Source of the DNA: Ranitomeya imitator
Lineage: Eukaryota
NCBI RefSeq assembly: GCF_032444005.1
Contig: NC_091290.1
Span: 62,558,001-62,622,000, forward strand
Direction of reading: 5' to 3'
DNA: 64,000 nt
Every line of letters begins with the position of its first letter. Positions within the stretch are counted from its first letter, which is position 1. This document shows positions 26,110 through 37,543 of the stretch, piece by piece. The translations under genes and the position numbers were made by a program. Under the pieces are notes generated by a model, which was not told the origin of the DNA, did no database searches, and worked only from the letters and a program-made list of their open reading frames with translations.

Positions 26110-27843
26110 GCATCCCATCCCACCTCCTCCCCAACCTCACCACCTCACACTTATCCCATCCCTAACCCACCTCTTCAACCTATCAATATCTTCTGGCACC
26201 TTCCCTTCTGCTTTCAAACATGCCACAATCACGCCTATCCTTAAAAAGCCAACCCTCGATCCAACTGCTATGTCCAGCTATCGCCCAATATTACTGCTCC
26301 CATTCGCTTCCAGACTCCTGGAGCAGCACGTCCACTCTGAACTTTCCTCCCACCTCTTATCTAACTTGCTCTTTGACAATCTACAATCTGGTTTTCACCC
26401 CATCACTCAACTGAGACAGCCCTGACCAAAATCACTAATGACCTACTTACCGCCAAAGCTAATGGACAATACTCTGTACTCCTTCTTCTAGACCTGTCCT
26501 CTGCTTTCGACACAGTTTACCACTGCCTCCTACTACAGATTCTCTCCTCCTTTGGCATCAAAGACCTCACCCTATCCTGGATCTCCTCATACCTTTCCAA
26601 CCGCACATTCAGCATCTCCCACACTACCTCCTCATCCCATCCTCTCTCTGTTGGAGTCCCCCAAGGCTCTGTTCTAGGACCCCTACTCTTCTCAATCTAT
26701 ACACTTGGCTTGGGACAACTCATGAAGTCCCTCGGATTCCAGTACCACCTCTATGCTGATGACACTCAGATCTATCTCTCTGGCCCAGACGTCACCGCTC
26801 TGCTGTCCAGAATACCAGAGTACCTATCAGCCATATCCTCCTTCTTCTCCTCTTGCTTCCTGAAACTCAATGTGGACAAATCTGAACTCATCATCTTTCC
26901 TCCATCCCATAGATCTTCCTTACCTGACCTATCTATCGCAATCAATGACATCATGCTTTCCCCCATACCGGAAGTCCACTGCCTCGGAGTAACCTTCGAC
27001 TCCGCCCTGTCCTTCAAACCGCACATCCAAGCTCTTTCCACCTCCTGTTGCCTCCAGCTCGAAACATCTCCAGAATCCGTCCTTTCCTCAACCGTCAATC
27101 TACTATTATGTTTGTGCATGCCCTCATCATCTCCCGCCTTGACTACTGCAACATCCTTTTCTGTGGCCTCCCTGCTAACACCCTTGCACCTCTCCAGTCC
27201 ATCCTTAACTCTGCTGCACGACTAATTCATCTCTCTCCTCGCTACTCCTCTGCTTCCCCCCTCTGCAAATCTCTTCACTGGCTCCCATTCCCTCAACGTA
27301 TCCAGTTCAAATGACTAATACTGACCTACGAAGCCATCCATAACCTGTCTCCTCCATATATCTCTGAACTAATCTCCCGATATCTTCCCTCACGTGATCT
27401 CCGGTCCTCCCGAGACCTCCTCTTTTCCACACTTATTCGCTCCTCATCCAATCGCCTCCAAGACTACTCATGAATATCCCCAATCCTCTGGAATTCTTTG
27501 CCCCAACACGTCCGACTATCAACCACATTCGTATCCTTCAGAAGACAGAACCTGAAAACCCATCTCTTCAGGAAAGCCTACAGCCTGCACTGACCCCGCT
27601 GCCTCCTTATCACTACTTAAGCTACCACCTCACCAACGCCGGAGCTGTAGCAACCCTCAACCTATTGTCTCTTTCCCCATAATCCTGTAGAATGTAAGCC
27701 CACAAGGGCAGGGTCCTCGCCCCTCTGTATCAATCTGTCATTGTTAATTTGTTTACTGTAAGTGATATCTGAAACTTGTATGTAACCCCTTCTCATTTAC
27801 AGCACCATGGAATCAATGGTGCTATATAAATAAATAATAATAA
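26110..27843 (+). mobile_element. 5'-truncated L2/CR1-clade LINE (decayed RT plus 3' UTR)
   Basis: Frames give [63 protein letters not shown]. Ends in a stem-loop and (TAA)n tail. Confidence 0.9.
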
Positions 27844-28091
27844 TTTGTATGGAGAGACCTGTTACTCCAGAGAATCAGGGGTTAATAGCCCCCAGGGACA
27901 TGCCAATGCAGCCAGTCTCACATGCCGCTTTTAAACTATGTTTTTCTCAGAAAAAGAAGAATTTAAAAGTTAAAAACATATGGCTGAAATCATGGACTGA
28001 TGGTCTAATGCATGCTGCCAGTGGATTGGACAGCATGTATCAGCTGTCACGTTCCGTCTAATTAAGGGATAGACACACTTTCCAAGGAAAA

Positions 28092-28277
28092 TCATCTTAC
28101 CTGATGCCTAAACTCCAGCCTGTCATACACCTCCCAAGGGTTTCTGACAAAGTAGGAGTGATTCTCTGCTGGCACCTTCAAGAGAGATGGGTAAAATACA
28201 GCATATTTGACATTTTGCTCCTTTACATGCTTCTTGACAGAGAAAAATTGGGCTGACTTGCATTCAACTTCCACCAA
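28092..28277 (-). pseudogene. L1 ORF1p C-terminal remnant
   Basis: KYAVFYPSLLKV...SYFVRNPWEVYDRLE resembles the L1 ORF1p C-terminal pattern (Y.l.yPa.L.v....fF..Peev..wl). Confidence 0.45.
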
Positions 28278-28551
28278 GGTTTTATGGTTTTTAGGAACTA
28301 AATAACATTTGCTTGGTTTGGACTAGTAAAAAGAGGCTTGTTGAAGTTGAGTAACAGGCTTATAGTAATAATTATATCTAAAAGGGATTAAGATACATAT
28401 CAAATGAGAGGATGAGATGCAATAAAGTACTTGATATACTGTATGTACGTCAAAAGCTAGATTATGTTGGACTTTCTAGTTAAAAATGCAAAAGAGGACA
28501 GCGCCACACCAGGAAGTGAAAAAAGCAGCTCACATTTATTCTGCCTTCTGC

Positions 28552-29789
28552 AGCGCCGCGGGACAGCCATGGGGTCCAATGTGGCCCCTACATATGCAAA
28601 CATCTATATGGCTGTCCTGGAGGGCGACCATGTGTACAATTCATCTTTCTGGGGCCTTGTCAGGGGCTGGCGGCGCTACATCAACGACATCTTCCTGGTA
28701 TGGGATGGGGATCGTAGTGAGCTTGAGGCATTCCATTTGTATCTCAATAATATACACCCTGGGTTGGGATTCACTATGGACTGTTCCCAGATTAAGATGC
28801 AGTTTTTGGACACTTGTGTATAATTGATGGATGGCCTTCTACATACTGATCTGTTCATTAAACTTATGGACAGAAACAATCTGTTGCATTTTTCTAGTGA
28901 ACATCCACGCCGTATGGTGGAGTCTCTGCCATGGAGCCAATTGCTGAGAGTGAGAAGAGTTGTCTCCAGTGATACTCTAATTGATGAGAGACTTAATGAA
29001 ATGTGTCAGAAATTTCTTAAAAGAGGGTACCCTAAGGCTGATCTGGATAGGTTTAAAATGAGAGTCTTGTCGAAAGATCGTGATGTGCTTTTTACCCCTA
29101 GGGTGACTGTAGAATCCAGTAAGAGGATTCCGTTTGTAACAGCATACAATGGTGTGAGTAATCAAATTTCAGCGGTTATACGGAGACATTGGCCACTACT
29201 TAGTAGAGGTCATGCTCATATCAATGAGTTTCAACAACCTCCTCTGTTCTCGTTCAGAAGGAACAGAAATTTGAGGGATGAGTTGGTGGCATCGGACGTG
29301 GGCAGCGCAAGGAGGGACCTACAAACTACTCTTAGCCGTCCGAGCTTGGGTAATTTCCCTTGTCTCGGGTGTGCATGTTGTAATAATATGCTGAAGGGGG
29401 CTTATTTTTATCACCCCCATACTGGAAAGAAATACGAGATTCGTAAACGGTACACTTGTAAGAGTAATTTTGTGGTCTATGTCCTTAGCTGCCCATGTGG
29501 CCTCTATTATGTGGGTGAAACCACGATGGAGATCAAAGCTAGAATTAGTAAACACAAGAGTACTATCAGAACTAATCGTATCGAGCTTCCGGTACCTAAG
29601 CACTTTCACGAATTTGGACATTCAGTCAATCAGTTGAGGTACAAAATAATAGATGATGTTCCTGTGCTAAGGCGGGGAGGGGACCGTATCTCTCTTTTGA
29701 AGAAAAAGGAGCTTAAGTGGATATTTGAACTCGATACACTTTCCCCGAGGGGACTGAATATTGAATATCAGCAAAGTTGTCTCCTCTAA
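28552..29789 (+). pseudogene. PLE reverse transcriptase (C-terminal half) + Cys-rich linker + GIY-YIG endonuclease
   Basis: GTAMGSNVAPTYAN, RRYINDIFLVW, FLDT, SLPWSQLLRVRR, CLGCACC, VVYVLSCPCGLYYVGET, R..KH, GLN. One in-frame TAA (28821-28823), otherwise one frame. Confidence 0.9.
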
Positions 29790-31014
29790 TTTGATGTGGA
29801 TCCATTGTGGCATTCTCGTCGATATATTGCTTTTAACCACATTATAGTTTTTTTGTGCTTTTGTGTTTGATATGTGAATGGCTATATGTATTATTCCATT
29901 ATATCTGGGTCCTCTGAAAAAGGATGATATGATGGGTTTGATGGGTATATTCTTTTGATGATTGTATAGCATGTATCTATATCTAATATTGGGTGCCCTC
30001 ATTACTGGAGTTTCACTTGTTTACTCCATTGATGATGGCGTAAAATATAGCCTTAGTTTTATGGCATCTGAAATATGTATGGATCTATATTTCCCCATTA
30101 GTATTTCTATGGAATGTGGCCCCAATTAAATGCAGAGCGTTACCATTACATATATATATATGATCCTGTTGTGTGTATAGTGTTTTTAGAATTTATTCTT
30201 ATAGGTTCTATACGGCAAATATAAGGATTATGTTTCCGGTAGATATTGCGCAACATATTTATCTATACTGTCCGGATGTATCCCTCTTCGTGCGCTGTGG
30301 ATTTGAAATGGAGAACTATATCCCTGTGACAAGTGCAATAAAGATCTACTGAGGACATGCGCATAGAGGATGTCATATATCGGAATTGGGACATGCGCAC
30401 TGGAATATTGGAAGACTTTGTTGCTTGTGTGGAACGCTGAGCCCGGACATGCGCAGTTACTCCAATGACATTGGACTCATGTGGGGATTGGCGCTGTACC
30501 ATATATCCCCTGCTGATTGCGGATCCACGGTGTTACACATGGGGAGGTGGACTCTGACGCATGGGGGCGGATCTCTTTCCGGGCATTTGCACTGTTGTAG
30601 TAGCGCCTGTGGGACTGTACAATGGGCGGCATTGCCTGCTGGGAGGGTTGCGGTCACATGGGACCAACACTGTGTCCGGATTGGGCGGTGTGTCCCGTGG
30701 GCAGACACACGGTGCTATGGCAACTTTAGATGCATTGCCCGGATAGGAGGATGGGGTTTGTTTACGTTTCATGTGTCGGGAACATTATGCTACGTTATGA
30801 GCGGTATTATGTAAATATAAGCGATCAGAGGTGATGATGCGGTGTTAGATGTTGATATGTATTGATTACCATTCATGTATCTTTGTTTTTATCTGTATTT
30901 ATGTAGATTATATTGGTATTGGTTTTTTCTATTTTGTTACATGATCCCTATTGGCTGTCAGCTAATTAATGGGTGGGTTTAAGGGTTTATAATGGTGGTT
31001 TGATTGCTGCTGTA

Positions 31015-31055
31015 CTGTGCTTGACAAAGGTCTTATGACCGAAACGTTGACGCAG
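31015..31055 (+). ncRNA. Minimal type I hammerhead ribozyme variant (PLE-1)
   Basis: Stem I CTGTGC/G(A)CGCAG; core TTGACAA + A; stem II GGTC-TTAT-GACC; GAAA; palindromic AACGTT stem III; predicted cut GUU^ after 31048. Folded by eye. Confidence 0.8.
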
Positions 31056-32879
31056 AAGGCAGAATAAAAAAAAAAAAAAAGCCGCAGAAGGCAGAATAAA
31101 TGTGAGCTGCTTTTTTCACTTCCTGGTGTGGCGCTGTCCTCTTTTGCATTTTTATTTGGATCTATTTTCTGGGATGGACCCCCTGGTGAGGACGTGCGCC
31201 ATGATGTCCTGAGAGACGGTATTGGTATAGGGTGCGGCCAGACAAATTTCTTTGGATTTGGACTTTCTAGTTAGTCATCAAGTACTTGGATGCATAATGA
31301 TAATGATGATAATGGCCTTAGTTACAGAGTGAAGTGTTTTTATATGCTTGATTTGATTATAAGTACTTTGCAAAGCAAGTTTAGTGTTCTTCGTCTGTTT
31401 TGCTCCCTGTTATAAGCCCACTCCTTTTCCTTATTTTTCAAATGCATTTTTTTCTAGAATGGAGAGATGGAAGGGAAAATAAAAGAGACAACCCCAGAAA
31501 TACATATAGAATAATTTATTCTATACATTTACATTTTTGCCTTAAGGATTATAATAAGGGACAAAAGACCACAATGAGGAAGGGGAGATTGGTTAGCATT
31601 TTACTAATTCAGCCTTTTATTTCATCATACAAAGTCAGATGTTCCAATTAACTTGCTTAACTTGTGAAACAAATAACATTTTTCTTTATGCTGTATATTA
31701 AAAAACATTCCTTAAATGGAATCTGTCACCACATTTAACCTATCTGAACTATTAATATGGGCATACAGGTTATAGACTGCTGAACAGGGTGATACTGGTA
31801 TATGCACTACTGCTAGTACACACATGAAATGACATTTTCCAGACAATGGCCAGGATGTTTCCAGGAAGATGACGATGCCTCCTCACAATTGAGGAAAATT
31901 GTAATGTTAAAACTTTTGCTCGTCACGTCATATAATTATAAATTGCAAAATACAGTATGGGGGAAATCTCATGTAGAAAAACATATGAAAAAGCCAAAGC
32001 CCATTTAGAATTTAGAGTAATGTGCAGATCTACATATTTGATGGACAATATGCAGACACGACAATTAATGAATACATAAACTACACTGTTAGTACTAAAT
32101 AATGACACAAGCTCAATTTACATTATTTTCGTAAAAAATGTACAAGTCATTCACCAGCGAGAATGTGAACTGCATGGGTACACCACTCCATGTGCCCGAC
32201 CAGGCCTCATATGATGTATAGATAATACAAAATCTATCTGAACGCTAATTAAAACTTTTCTAGGAATGACGAAGCAGATACTTCCTTACTACTCATTGCA
32301 GGAAAACCTATAAAGAGGCCTATAGTATTAAATTTGAGTTTTACGCATATATAGTCAAATGGATTACTAGTTAGCTAACTCAAAATGATGTTGCGTTATG
32401 CAGGACCTTTGGACCTTTGTCATGTCAGAGCCTGGGCTCACTATACAAGTCGGTGATTAAACCCCAAATTTTATGTCAGCGTATCTTCAAAAAGCTAAGA
32501 AATAACCAATGATCATATATTCTTGTCTGCGTAAAGTCTAGTGTGAACATTTGTTAGCTCAAGATAGCTCATCAGATAGTTTGCAATCTTCACTCCTGCT
32601 GATCAATTAGCAGGGACAATGCTGTAGTTATTCATTATTGGTATGTATTTCATGCAGATTTGAAATTTTAATTTAAAGCCAATTATGTAACAACTAGATG
32701 GTAGCCGATTTTAACGCATTGGGTATTCTAGAATATGTATGTAGTTTATTTATGAAGATTTTAGAATAATACATTGAATACACAGGATTCGGCCGGACGC
32801 GAAGAATTAGTGAAGAGTGGTTCAAATCCCGTGCCAATTTGCGGCCGGACTGTGCTTGTCGCTGATTGTTTGCGGCCAG

Positions 32880-33482
32880 TCACGTAGTATATAGCACAGC
32901 CACATAGTATATAACAGCCCACATAGAAAATAGCACAGCCACATAGTATATAGCACAGCCACATAGTGTATAGCACAGCCACGTAGAATATAACACAGCC
33001 CACGGAGTGTATAGCACAGCCACATAGTATATAGCACAGCCCACAGAGTGTATAACAGCCCACGTAGCATATCACACAGCCACGTAGTTTATAACAGCCC
33101 ACGTAGCATATAACACAGCTCACGTAATATATAACAGCCCACGCACGCAGTATATAACACAGGCCATGTAGTGTATAACACAGGCCACGTAGTGTATAGC
33201 ACAGCCCACGAAGTATATAGCACAGCCACGTAGTATATTGCACAGCCCACACAGTTTGCACAGCCCACGTAGTATATAGCATAGCCCATGCAGTACATTG
33301 CACAGCCCACGTAGTATATAGCACAGCCCACGTAGTATATAGCACAGCCCATGCAGTACATTGCACAGCCCACAAAGTATATAGCACAGCCCACATAGTA
33401 TATTGCACAGCCTACATAGTATATTGCACAGCCCATGTAGTATATTGCACAGCCCACATAGTATATTGCAGAGCCTATAGTA
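32880..33482. repeat. 21-bp minisatellite (CACAGCCCACGTAGTATATAG), left half
   Basis: Visible tandem units; continues at 38117-38455 beyond the PLE-2 insertion. Confidence 0.9.
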
Positions 33483-33484
33483 GA

Positions 33485-34061
33485 AAAATAGAAAAAGACG
33501 TGGCAACACTCACCGACCCCGTAGAGCAGATTATTCCTTTATTAAAGCAACTGTGAAACTATCTTCATGGCACGGGGGAGACGAAGAACAAAGAGAGGTG
33601 AGCGGGGAGAGGACAACAGCCGTTTCACGCCAACACCGGCGCTTCTACGGGTCCACGCTGGAAAGAAGTAACGCCAGGTGAGATAAGTGCCAAAACACCG
33701 CCCCCTCTGACGCAAGTCCCGACCAGCGCAGGCAGAAAACAGGTGCAAATTAAAACATAATTAAAAACATGAATATTAGAATCAACAAAAGGGCATATGC
33801 ACAACAGTATTGTATATATATACACCTGGAGTTACGAAATCCAACAAAATATTGGCGTTGATCACAAACAATCATATCAAACAAAATTGAGGCCGTACAG
33901 AATACACCTATGTAACATTAAAACGGTGTACCCCAGAGCTGATATTACGTCCAGTTCCAATATACCTACCGATCTATATATTTACAGACATGGTTCCACC
34001 GAGAGAAAACAATAAAAAGAGGACACCCATTATAGACCACTAATTAATCGCAGTAAGAATG
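33485..34061 (-). repeat. PLE-2 3' pseudo-LTR (copy A)
   Basis: Matches 37544-38118 with about 9 substitutions and one 2-bp indel (counted by eye). Confidence 0.92.
33601..33659 (-). ncRNA. Minimal hammerhead variant, PLE-2 copy A
   Basis: Minus strand: AGCGTGGAC-CCGTAGA-A-GCGCC-GGTGTT-GGCGT-GAAAC-GGCT-GTT^GTCC...CGCT; stem I GGAC/GTCC. Confidence 0.65.
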
Positions 34062-34093
34062 GTACTTTTATAGCGGTATGTCAAACATAGTTA

Positions 34094-37000
34094 TTATAAA
34101 AATATAGACATATCGATTTTTTCGTTAAGACCAGCCGTTCCTGTCGCCTTAGTTCTCATAATCCATCTGGCTTCTCGTTGTAACAATAGCTTCTGAAGAT
34201 TCCCTCCTTGTTTTGGCAGAAAAACTTTTTCAATCCCTGCAAAGGTTAACACATCGGGATCACCCTCATTGCATTCTCTGATATGTTGGATCAGTCTGGG
34301 AACGCCTTTCCCTGAATCGATAGACTTATGATGTTCCCTAAAGCGCATATACAATTTCCTTATTTATTCCCTATGTAGAATCTCCTGCAAGGACAGAATA
34401 TCATGTAAACTACGTAGTCTGTCTTGCAGGTTATTAGTTGTTTAACATGATGTATACAGGGACCAATATTCAAAACGGGAGCCTGGATATGAAAACGGCA
34501 ATACCGACACTGTCCGCATCTGTGATTCCCTTTCGGGGTCATCTGTTCTAACCAGGTACTTTTGTGATCAGTTATATGGTTCCGGACTAACACATCCCTC
34601 ACTCTTTTCCCCCATCTATTCGCAATAAGGGGACCACCTGCAGCTATACTGGCCAGCTCTCTATCCCTTTCCAATATATGCCAGTGTTTTCTTATTATCA
34701 ATCTGATATCCTTGTCCATAGGACTATATTGGAAACAGAAGGTAAACCACCGAGGGGGGATCTCAATGGGATGTGCAGACTGTGAACGGATATTAACCTG
34801 TTCAATGGCGTTCCCTAGAATGTCCTCAGGATACCCTCTGTCACGAAATCGTTGACATAATTCTTTTGACTGCTCCTCAAACCCTCTAACTGTATTATTG
34901 ACCCTTTTTGTCCTCAGCAATTGGCTATAGGGTAACGACCTTTTAACATGAGGGGGGTGGAAGCTATCAAAATGTAACAACGAATTGACGGCAGTAGGTT
35001 TCCGGAATACAGATGTACATAATCTGTCCTCCTGGATGTGAATAATAACATCCAAAAATTCTAATTTATCACTGCCAAAGTTAGAGGTGAAAGACATCTC
35101 CATTATATTTCTTGTATTCAAAAAATCGACAAACTGATTAAATTCGCCCTCTGTACCATCCCAAATAAGGAATACATCATCCACATACCTTAAGTATGTT
35201 CTTATGTGTTTCAAAAAGATGTTCAGATTTGAATATGCATAATCCTCCTCGAACACTGCCATGTACAAATTAGCAAATATACATGCAGCCGGGGTCCCCA
35301 TGGCAGTCCCAGTGATCTGCCTATACCAAATATCAAGAAAAGTGAAAGTGTTGTGGGTGAGAATTAAATGAAGACTCTCACACACAAAATCAACATAATT
35401 TATACTTTTCTCAGTGGTCTCTAAAATTCGTCTGATGGAGCGAATACCCAATTCTTGCGGGATGTTGGTATATAAGCTGATCACATCTATGGATGCCAGG
35501 GAGAACCCCGGCTGCCAATCCATATTCTGCACGTGTTCCAGGAAAGAATTTGTATCCTTAATATATGAAGGACTATCTTTCAAAAGGGGACGTAAAAGCC
35601 AATCGATATATTGAGAGAGGGGTTCAGTCAGTGATCCGATCCCTGACACAATCGGTCTCCCAGGAGGTGACGTGACCGATTTATGAATTTTAGGGAGATA
35701 ATACCTATGAGGCTTTGTGGGGAATTGCGGTAGCAGTCTTTCTGCTTTATTCTATGTAATAATTTTGTTCTCAACTGCTCGTCTCAAGAGGGAGCAGAGT
35801 TCCCCCTTAAATTTTGTGTATGATCCCCCTTTAATTGAAGATAAATGGTGGTATCTGATAGCTGCCACAAAGCTTCAGCTATATATGCCTCTCTTGATAT
35901 TAAAATGACTTTACCCCCTTTATCAGCTGGACATATTATGACATCTGTCCAGCTAGCCATGTCTTTTAACGGCTCCTTTTCAACCAAAGTCAGATTAGTA
36001 GATGATTTTTTATACAGTATGGCCTCCATATCTTTTAGAACTAATGTCTCAAATAAATCTACCATATTCCCGGGAGAAGAAGGGGGGGCATATATGTGGA
36101 AGGAATGCCACCAAGGAAAGGACTGTTGAAAGTAGATGTATTCTTTCTTTGATCAGAAGGGGTATTGGTGATATCCAGGAGGAGATTCGCATCCTCCCGC
36201 ATATCAGCCAAAGTTTCATCTTTACCACCCACCATGAATCCAAGAGCTCCCACATGACATGGCTGTTCACCCTCCCATGTTACTGAATTAGTTGTCTTAG
36301 AAGAGAAAAATTTATACAAATGAATTTTTCTAATAGCTTTAAATAAGTCAATCTGAAAAGTAGGAAAATCAAAAAGTTCGGGTATACAGAATTTCAGACC
36401 TTTCGAAAGTAATGTTAGGTGGGCAAGACCCAGTTCACGTTGGGTCAAGTTGACGACACAGTCACTAGGATTAGATTGAGACGCTCCTTCTATTTCCAAG
36501 AGATGGACTTCCTCTTGTTTCGCCATCTTGGGGCGATACTTGCGTTTACTTCTCTGTGTTTTCCTTCTAAAGGGACAGAAGAAGTGGAGGGACTCTCTGA
36601 AGCAATCTCCTCGGAGGAATCGATGACATTAGGCCCAGTCTCACTGAGGCTTGAATCTGACTCGGTGGTCAAATAATCTCTCCTAGTACCTTGACCGCGC
36701 TTTAAAAATCTTCGTTTGTGTTTAGTCTGTCCGGGACCTCCTTCCTGGATTCCTATTTCTTTATTTTCTCTATGTTTGTTCTGAGTTTTGTTCCAGGTGA
36801 ACACTTTCCCGGAATCATAGTCATTTTTATCCCGCAAAAATTTATCGCGTTTTTTTGATTTAATGTCCACCTGCATCAGCGTCAGTTTGGTGTCCAGTTT
36901 TTTGCTAAAAGCTGTCCATTGACTCTCGGTCAGTCTGTTCTTCAGTTCGGATTGTGTCTTTAATATCTCAGCATTCACAGTTTCATAATTCTGTACGTTA

Positions 37001-37315
37001 GATTTTAGGACCAGTTTTAACACATCCTGGGAGCATTTAATCATAATGCTTTCCCATTCAAGTCTCAAAGCAGCGTCATTATTAAAATGCGACATCTCTT
37101 TCCAGATGCGTAGTCCTCTAGGGACTCGTCCATTATCCACATATGATTGTAAAGAGTTGTTAGTCCAGAACAATCTAATTAGTTAACTTAAATTCTAAGG
37201 ATTTCGTGCTCAACATCTGCACCTCATCCACCCGCTCACACTCATTGAAATAATTACTGGCATCCTCCCGGCCGGCTTGCAGGCTTGTCCGCATGGGGGT
37301 TGGCTCGGATTCCAT
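34094..37315 (-). pseudogene. PLE-2 polyprotein (N-terminal domain, RT, Cys-rich linker, GIY-YIG), disrupted
   Basis: Probable ATG at 37315 (MESEPTP...). Motifs VPRGLRI, LLSKGLKFC, ADKGG, LPKIHK...PGRPIVSG, DVISLYTNIP, GTAMGTP, YLRYVDD, CGQCRYC, VVYMIFCPCRRFYIG, GLNEK. Frame breaks near 37180, 36490-36526, 36085, 35815, 34360; stop near 35750. Confidence 0.9.
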
Positions 37316-37543
37316 AGTGCAGTACAATCAGCTGCACACTTCTGACCATATGTCTGTGAACACCACCAACTCAAACCAGGGCGTGCGTGCTCAGAAAATA
37401 GACAGTAAAACCAATGCACAAAAAGAAAAAAAGAAGGCAGCACAGCCCAACAGCGAGACTGAATGTGGAGTCACTAATGGAGCAGCTGAGCCTAACACTC
37501 CAGGGAGGTGCTCACGTCCGAAGCGAAGCAGGCATAGAGTAGC

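Larger units (their letters stand above)
28483..31257 (+). mobile_element. Penelope-like element PLE-1 (Neptune-type), 5'-truncated, with inverted 5' pLTR piece
   Basis: 16-bp TSD TTGGACTTTCTAGTTA (28467-28482, 31258-31273). 28481-28551 is the reverse complement of 31084-31154. Contains RT-EN ORF and a hammerhead. Confidence 0.92.
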
